From Candidatus Krumholzibacteriia bacterium (lineage in GTDB: Bacteria > Krumholzibacteriota > Krumholzibacteriia > JAJRXK01), in assembly GCA_041484665.1 (NCBI GenBank), contig JBGPIA010000002.1, forward strand, positions 384,001-448,000: a stretch of 64,000 nucleotides of DNA. The letters are read 5' to 3'. Under the pieces are notes generated by a model. That model made no database searches and was not told where the DNA came from. It worked only from the letters and a program-made list of their open reading frames with translations. The position numbers were made by a program, and so were the translations under genes. Shown piece after piece: positions 59,407 to 64,000 of the stretch (positions are counted from its first letter, which is position 1; each line of letters starts with the position of its first letter).

Positions 59407-62400
59407 TCAGCGCTCCACATAGAACGTCAACAGCTCGGACGCCGGTCCGGCCGGCCCCACGTAGTCCAGGCGGCAGATGTAGGGTCCCGGCACCAGCGGC
59501 CGCGCGCCCCACGCCAGCTCGCTGGTGATCCCCGCAGCCGCCGGGCCGCTCGCCTGCAGCACCTGCTGGCCCTCGAGATCGTAGACCGTCACGTGCGCGG
59601 TCTGGTCCGCCCCGCTGTAGAAGCGCACCCGCGCCGTGGTTCCGTGCACGGGATTGGGGATCACGTGCGGGCGGAAATCCTCCTGCGCGATCAGTCCGGC
59701 GTCCGGGCGCACGACGCCCGCAGGGCCGCCGCGCGCCGTGCGCGCAAGGCCGGCACCCCGCCCCAACCACTCCGCAGAGCGCTCCACAGCCGGGGCCGGC
59801 GCGGGCAGCTCCACGGCCGCGAGGCGCGCGCTGCGGCTGCGATGCGCCGTGTCCGGCGCACCCGCACCATGCAGCGTATCGCCGAGGGCCTCGTACAGGA
59901 AAAGCGCGCGCTGCGGCGTGGCACCTGCGGCCAACGTGAAGTCGGCCACCAGCGGCGCGCTGGCCCCGCCCGCCGATGCGAGCTTCGGGTAGCCCGGCGT
60001 CGGATGCCCGTCGTGCTCCAGGGCATACAGCAGGCCGTACCGCGAGAGGAAGACGATCTCGGCGATCCCATCGCCGTCGACATCGGCCACCAGCGGCGTG
60101 CTCGCGGCAGCGTCCACCTGGTCCTCGCGCAGGAAGTGAAGCTCGCGCACGCGCTGCGGAAAACCCGTGCGGTCCAGACCGTCCGCGTTGAGCACGGCGA
60201 TGTAGCCAGCGGTGGCAATCACCAGCTCGAGCTTCCCGTCACCGTCCACGTCGCCTAGCGCCGGCTCGCCCACCACTGGGTCCGCCAGGCGCCGCGCGAA
60301 GCGACGCACCGACCACTGTCCGGCTTGAACACGCTGGGCCAGCCACACGCCGCCGCTGGCCGAGACCACGGCGACCCGATCCGGTCCTTGAGGCTGCGGC
60401 CAGGCCAGCACCCAGAACGCCCCCTGGTCCTCCCCCTCGACCTGATTGGGCAGGGCCAGTCCCTCCCCACCGGGGAGTGGTTGGCCCGAGATCTGTGTGA
60501 GATGCAGCGCGCCGCCGGCGACGTACGCCAGGTCATCGGCGATGCCGTTGTCGCCCAGGTCGGCGGCGCACGGAGCGCTGCGCAGTCGCACCGATGCGCC
60601 GAGCTGGAAGTTGGGCGACCAGCCCTCGTCGTTGCCGTCGGCGCCCATGACGTAGATGGCACTCGCGCTGGTGTCGGCGCCCACCAAGAACGTCTGCGGC
60701 AGCGCGGGCACGAGCACCGGGCCGTGCGACAGTGGATGGCCGAAGTCCGCGGGGAAGGTCGGGAGGATCTCCCGCAACGCGCCCGACACCGGGCCCTGCC
60801 GCGAGAACGCGTGCACCTGGCCACTGCGCAGCATCACCACCAGGGCGTCGGTGGTGTCCTGCCCGGAGTTGCGAAGGAGGCTGGCGGAAGCGGGCGGCCC
60901 GGCCAGGGGCGCCCCCAGATCGGGGAGCACGCGCGGCGAAGCGCCGAAGCGCGGCCGACCGTCCATGCCGTAGCAGTACAGACCGAAGAGGCCGGTACTG
61001 TCGGCGGCCTGCGCCGCGACGATCACTGCCGGCCCGGCGTCGAACTCGAAGAACCCGACGCTCTCCGCCTGCCCCTTGAGCGGCACCGCCGCGCCGCCGG
61101 CCCCGGCGACGTCGGGCAACACGGCCGGGAAGCCGTCGCCGCCATTGACGAGCGAGCCGGGCACCTGGGCGAACAAGACCATCAGCGGCGCGGTGGCCGA
61201 GACGTTTTTCACCAGCGCGTCCGTCGCCAGCCCGAACGTGCTAGCGGTGCTGGGGAGCGTGGTCGCGGAGATCTCGGTGGCGGTGGCGGGATATGTGATG
61301 GTCGTGTTCGAATCTACCGGCACCACCGTCAGCGCGCGGAACGCGTCGTTCTCGCTGCCCAAGAAGCCGCGCGTCGTGAAGTCGAAGACGCCGATGTCCT
61401 GGATGCCGTCCGCCTCGATTAGCTCCAGACCCAGGTCATCGCGTGTGCGCTGCACGGTATTGGTGGCGATGCGCGCGTCGATGCGGTCCTGGCGCACGCG
61501 CCACAAGAGCATCCCGCCCGGCCACGGCATGAAGAAGTCGTACTCGTGCGTATTGATCGTGATGCGCGGGTCCTGCTGGACCACGCGGCCCAGGTAGATC
61601 ACGACGCCCGTCGCCGGATCCTGGATCAGGCCCCAATCAGGCCCGGCGAGGGCCGGGATGTGCCGGTTCTCCAGCAGGAAGAACTCGTTGGGACTGACAT
61701 CCAGGAGCGCCGACTTCGACTCCGTTGCTTGCAGCTGTTGGGACTCGGTGCTGCGCAGGAGGATCTTGCGCAGCTTGCTCCCCACGCGCACCGGCTCGGT
61801 CCAGCCCAGGAACCACTTGCACCAGATGCTGATGCTGGGCGGGAGCAGCCCGACGACGATCTCGGGATCGCTGTGCCCCTCCACGGCGACCGCCGCGGCC
61901 AGATTCGTTCCATTGTCCATCAGGTCCCAGTAGCCCACGACCGGCAATCCCTCGGTCGTGCTGTAGAGGTCCGGGAGCCCGAGGCCGTGGCCGAACTCGT
62001 GGTACAGGGCCGCGGCGATGCTGCCGGTCAGACCATCCTGGCTGGTGCTCTCGGGAACGATGCTGCACTCGGTGACCGTTCCCGGTTCCCCGCTGCGGCT
62101 GTCGTGGGACGTCAGCGTCACGGAGTCCTCGTCGCCCAGCTGCACGAAAAAGGTAGGGATATCGTTGGGCGAGTAGTCGGGCTGGCCCGGCTCCCACACC
62201 AGGTTGCTTTGCCAGCTGCCACCGGCGTGAGCGAACACGATGTACGTGTTGGGATCGTCGAAGTCGTAATCGGCGAGGTTCGCCGCGCCATCGGCCTGCG
62301 TCCCCGCGTCGGCAGCGAGGATCATGTCCTTGACCAGCTTGACGAGGCTGTCCAGCGTCCAGAAGCCGCCCGAACCCGGACCGTAGTCGGCGATGTCGCT

Positions 62401-63108
62401 CAGCTTATAGGAGTCGCAGTCCCCCTCGGGCAGCACCCGCGTCTGCATCACGAGCCTGCCGTTGCTCATCGAGCTCCAGTACTCGGCGAGGCCTTGCAAA
62501 TGCGCTTCGAAGAACGCCTTGTTGTGGGGCGGAGGATCGAAGATCGCAGTGCTGTCGGGCTGGCATTGGAAGTTGCCGTCCTGCGTGACGCTGGTCAATG
62601 AACCGCTGCGGTCGGTATTGAACGCGATGCGGATCAACAGCACGTGCAACGTATCGACGGGCGCGCCTGCGGCCAGCACTGCCGCCGGTGCGTTTCCGCC
62701 CTGCGCGGCAGCGAGCGCCCGGCGCGCCTGCCGCTGGTGCAACCTCTGCATACCCTTGCGCGAGATCCCGTGCGGGCCCAGCGCGCGATCGGCGCGCTGC
62801 TCCGCCTCCAGCCGCAGCCGCAGCAGCTCAACCTGGTGATCGCTCAGCGCGAGCCAGCGCGGCGCCGCCGCAGGCGTCTGCTTCTCCTGCGCGGCGTTGG
62901 CCGCCCCCCGCTGCGCAGGGCCCTCGCTTGGAAGGAGGCGCAGCACCGGCACCCGTGCCCGACCGTCCTGCGCCGCAGGCGTCGCCGCCCGGGCCACGGT
63001 CAAGGGGAGCGCCATCCCCCACAGGAGAAGGCATAGGCCTCCGGCGCTGCGCCGCATCTGCCCCAAAGCGATTCCTCCGCGGACCGCGTCCGCTCGCATC
63101 GTGCCCAT
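59407..63108 (-). CDS. M6 (immune inhibitor A-like) metalloprotease with FG-GAP/VCBS repeats and T9SS-type C-terminal sorting domain
   Basis: HEFGHGLGLPDLY, WDLMD.G, W.K..LGW and F.LENR; repeats GDVDGDGKLELV and ADVDGDGIAEIV; tail IPNPV...VTVYDLEGQQV...LVPGPYICRL. Start uncertain. Confidence 0.85.
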   Translation of the reverse strand: MGTMRADAVRGGIALGQMRRSAGGLCLLLWGMALPLTVARAATPAAQDGRARVPVLRLLPSEGPAQRGAANAAQEKQTPAAAPRWLALSDHQVELLRLRLEAEQRADRALGPHGISRKGMQRLHQRQARRALAAAQGGNAPAAVLAAGAPVDTLHVLLIRIAFNTDRSGSLTSVTQDGNFQCQPDSTAIFDPPPHNKAFFEAHLQGLAEYWSSMSNGRLVMQTRVLPEGDCDSYKLSDIADYGPGSGGFWTLDSLVKLVKDMILAADAGTQADGAANLADYDFDDPNTYIVFAHAGGSWQSNLVWEPGQPDYSPNDIPTFFVQLGDEDSVTLTSHDSRSGEPGTVTECSIVPESTSQDGLTGSIAAALYHEFGHGLGLPDLYSTTEGLPVVGYWDLMDNGTNLAAAVAVEGHSDPEIVVGLLPPSISIWCKWFLGWTEPVRVGSKLRKILLRSTESQQLQATESKSALLDVSPNEFFLLENRHIPALAGPDWGLIQDPATGVVIYLGRVVQQDPRITINTHEYDFFMPWPGGMLLWRVRQDRIDARIATNTVQRTRDDLGLELIEADGIQDIGVFDFTTRGFLGSENDAFRALTVVPVDSNTTITYPATATEISATTLPSTASTFGLATDALVKNVSATAPLMVLFAQVPGSLVNGGDGFPAVLPDVAGAGGAAVPLKGQAESVGFFEFDAGPAVIVAAQAADSTGLFGLYCYGMDGRPRFGASPRVLPDLGAPLAGPPASASLLRNSGQDTTDALVVMLRSGQVHAFSRQGPVSGALREILPTFPADFGHPLSHGPVLVPALPQTFLVGADTSASAIYVMGADGNDEGWSPNFQLGASVRLRSAPCAADLGDNGIADDLAYVAGGALHLTQISGQPLPGGEGLALPNQVEGEDQGAFWVLAWPQPQGPDRVAVVSASGGVWLAQRVQAGQWSVRRFARRLADPVVGEPALGDVDGDGKLELVIATAGYIAVLNADGLDRTGFPQRVRELHFLREDQVDAAASTPLVADVDGDGIAEIVFLSRYGLLYALEHDGHPTPGYPKLASAGGASAPLVADFTLAAGATPQRALFLYEALGDTLHGAGAPDTAHRSRSARLAAVELPAPAPAVERSAEWLGRGAGLARTARGGPAGVVRPDAGLIAQEDFRPHVIPNPVHGTTARVRFYSGADQTAHVTVYDLEGQQVLQASGPAAAGITSELAWGARPLVPGPYICRLDYVGPAGPASELLTFYVER

Positions 63109-63222
63109 CACCGTGCTGCGCTCAGCACGCCGCACGCGCCACCCCGTCCATCCACCGCCTCCTGCGGCCGCCACCTTTGCCGAGTCCGCGCGCCGCGCCC
63201 GCCCGTCGCTTCCGCTCGCCGA

Positions 63223-63999
63223 TCAGAAATCGAACGAGAGGCTGAAACGATGCACGCGGTCGAGATCCTTCGCCTGGGGCACCGACGCGTAGTCGAAGCT
63301 GAGCCCCGTCCCCACCCACCGCTTCAGGTTCACGCCGCCACCGGCGGTGAAACTCCGGATGTCGCCCTCCGGGTCGCTCTTGTACCCGGCGCGCACGAAC
63401 AGGCTACCCTGGTAACCCCACTCCAGCCCTCCGCCCAGCACCTTCGTCTTGTCGTCCTTCACCAGGCTGATGTAGTAGTCCGCCACGCCGGTGACCGACG
63501 TCAGGTCGCTGTGGAACGGGGTGTAGGAGATCCCGCCGCGCAATGTGCGGGGCATGGGATCGGACTGGTCGGCGTCGATGAACGTGATGTTCGGTCCCAC
63601 GTTCGTCACGGTCAGCCCGGCCGCCATGTTCGGCATCACTTTGTAGCAGGCCCCCAGGTCGACGGCCCAGGTGGAGCCCGAGCCCGATCCGTTGTCCTTG
63701 GTCGCCCAATCCGGCGCCAGATTGTCACGGAAGTACTTGACGCCAAGCCCCAAGCCCAGCTGCGGCGTGAGCTTGGCGCCGTAGGCCAGGCCGATGGCGA
63801 ACTGGTTGGAGTTGAACGTCCCCTTCTGGTTGGAGCTCTCGTCCGTGGCGATCTGCTCGCCCTGGTTCAGGTACGTGAGGTACGCCCCGACCTCACCCCA
63901 CCCCTCCAGGTGTTGGCCGTACCCGATGAAGTACAGGTTCACGTCGCTGGCGAGCCCGGCCGCCAGCGGCGAGGTCATGAAGTGCAGCCCCCGACGGGA
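63223..63999 (-). CDS. porV: PorV-family T9SS outer-membrane shuttle (5' end beyond the window)
   Basis: LASDV.L, YL..GE...TD, AVDLG, N.GP.I.F.D..Q.DP.P..LR.G, G.E..Y......RAGY, T.G.G, DYA...L....RFSL.F. Confidence 0.8.
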   Translation of the reverse strand, partial: SRRGLHFMTSPLAAGLASDVNLYFIGYGQHLEGWGEVGAYLTYLNQGEQIATDESSNQKGTFNSNQFAIGLAYGAKLTPQLGLGLGVKYFRDNLAPDWATKDNGSGSGSTWAVDLGACYKVMPNMAAGLTVTNVGPNITFIDADQSDPMPRTLRGGISYTPFHSDLTSVTGVADYYISLVKDDKTKVLGGGLEWGYQGSLFVRAGYKSDPEGDIRSFTAGGGVNLKRWVGTGLSFDYASVPQAKDLDRVHRFSLSFDF

Positions 64000-64000
64000 G

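Overview
This is a 64 kb chromosomal window from a very GC-rich diderm (LPS-making) bacterium. Almost every gene is on the minus strand; the only + strand genes are a DUF3467 protein and a sulfatase-fold/TPR lipoprotein. From left to right it holds: (1) LPS and housekeeping genes (hldC/hldA-type heptose enzymes, lipid A acyltransferase, DUF362 Fe-S protein, dprA, obg, icd, pckA, an aminotransferase, pta, coaD, rsmD, aroK, aroC); (2) a near-complete type IVa pilus locus in Myxococcus/Geobacter-like order (pilB-T-C-S-R, pilA, pilH-I-G-like ABC module, pilD, pilMNOPQ), preceded by comEA, a TonB-dependent-receptor-like barrel and an SgmX-like TPR protein; (3) hutUI, dinG, ligA, an atypical Ser/Thr kinase and gcvP; (4) a tightly packed type IX secretion (T9SS)-related cluster: porV, an M6 metalloprotease with a T9SS-type C-terminal domain, two paralogous unknown proteins, an NHL lipoprotein, a ~1200-aa SprA-related barrel and an Omp85-family protein. 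PorV together with a deltaproteobacterial-style pilus locus at this GC content suggests a non-Bacteroidota FCB-group lineage such as Latescibacterota, Krumholzibacteriota or Eisenbacteria (inference only). Read directly from the DNA, there are five sigma54-type -24/-12 elements across the pilus region. Three of them carry a TGCA-N3-TGCA/G motif 108-113 bp upstream (a candidate PilR site). A 25-bp AT-rich pseudo-palindrome occurs in two of these promoters and also inside hutI and gcvP, against the local codon bias. No rRNA, tRNA, CRISPR array or mobile element was recognised. All calls are by eye; no database searches were run.
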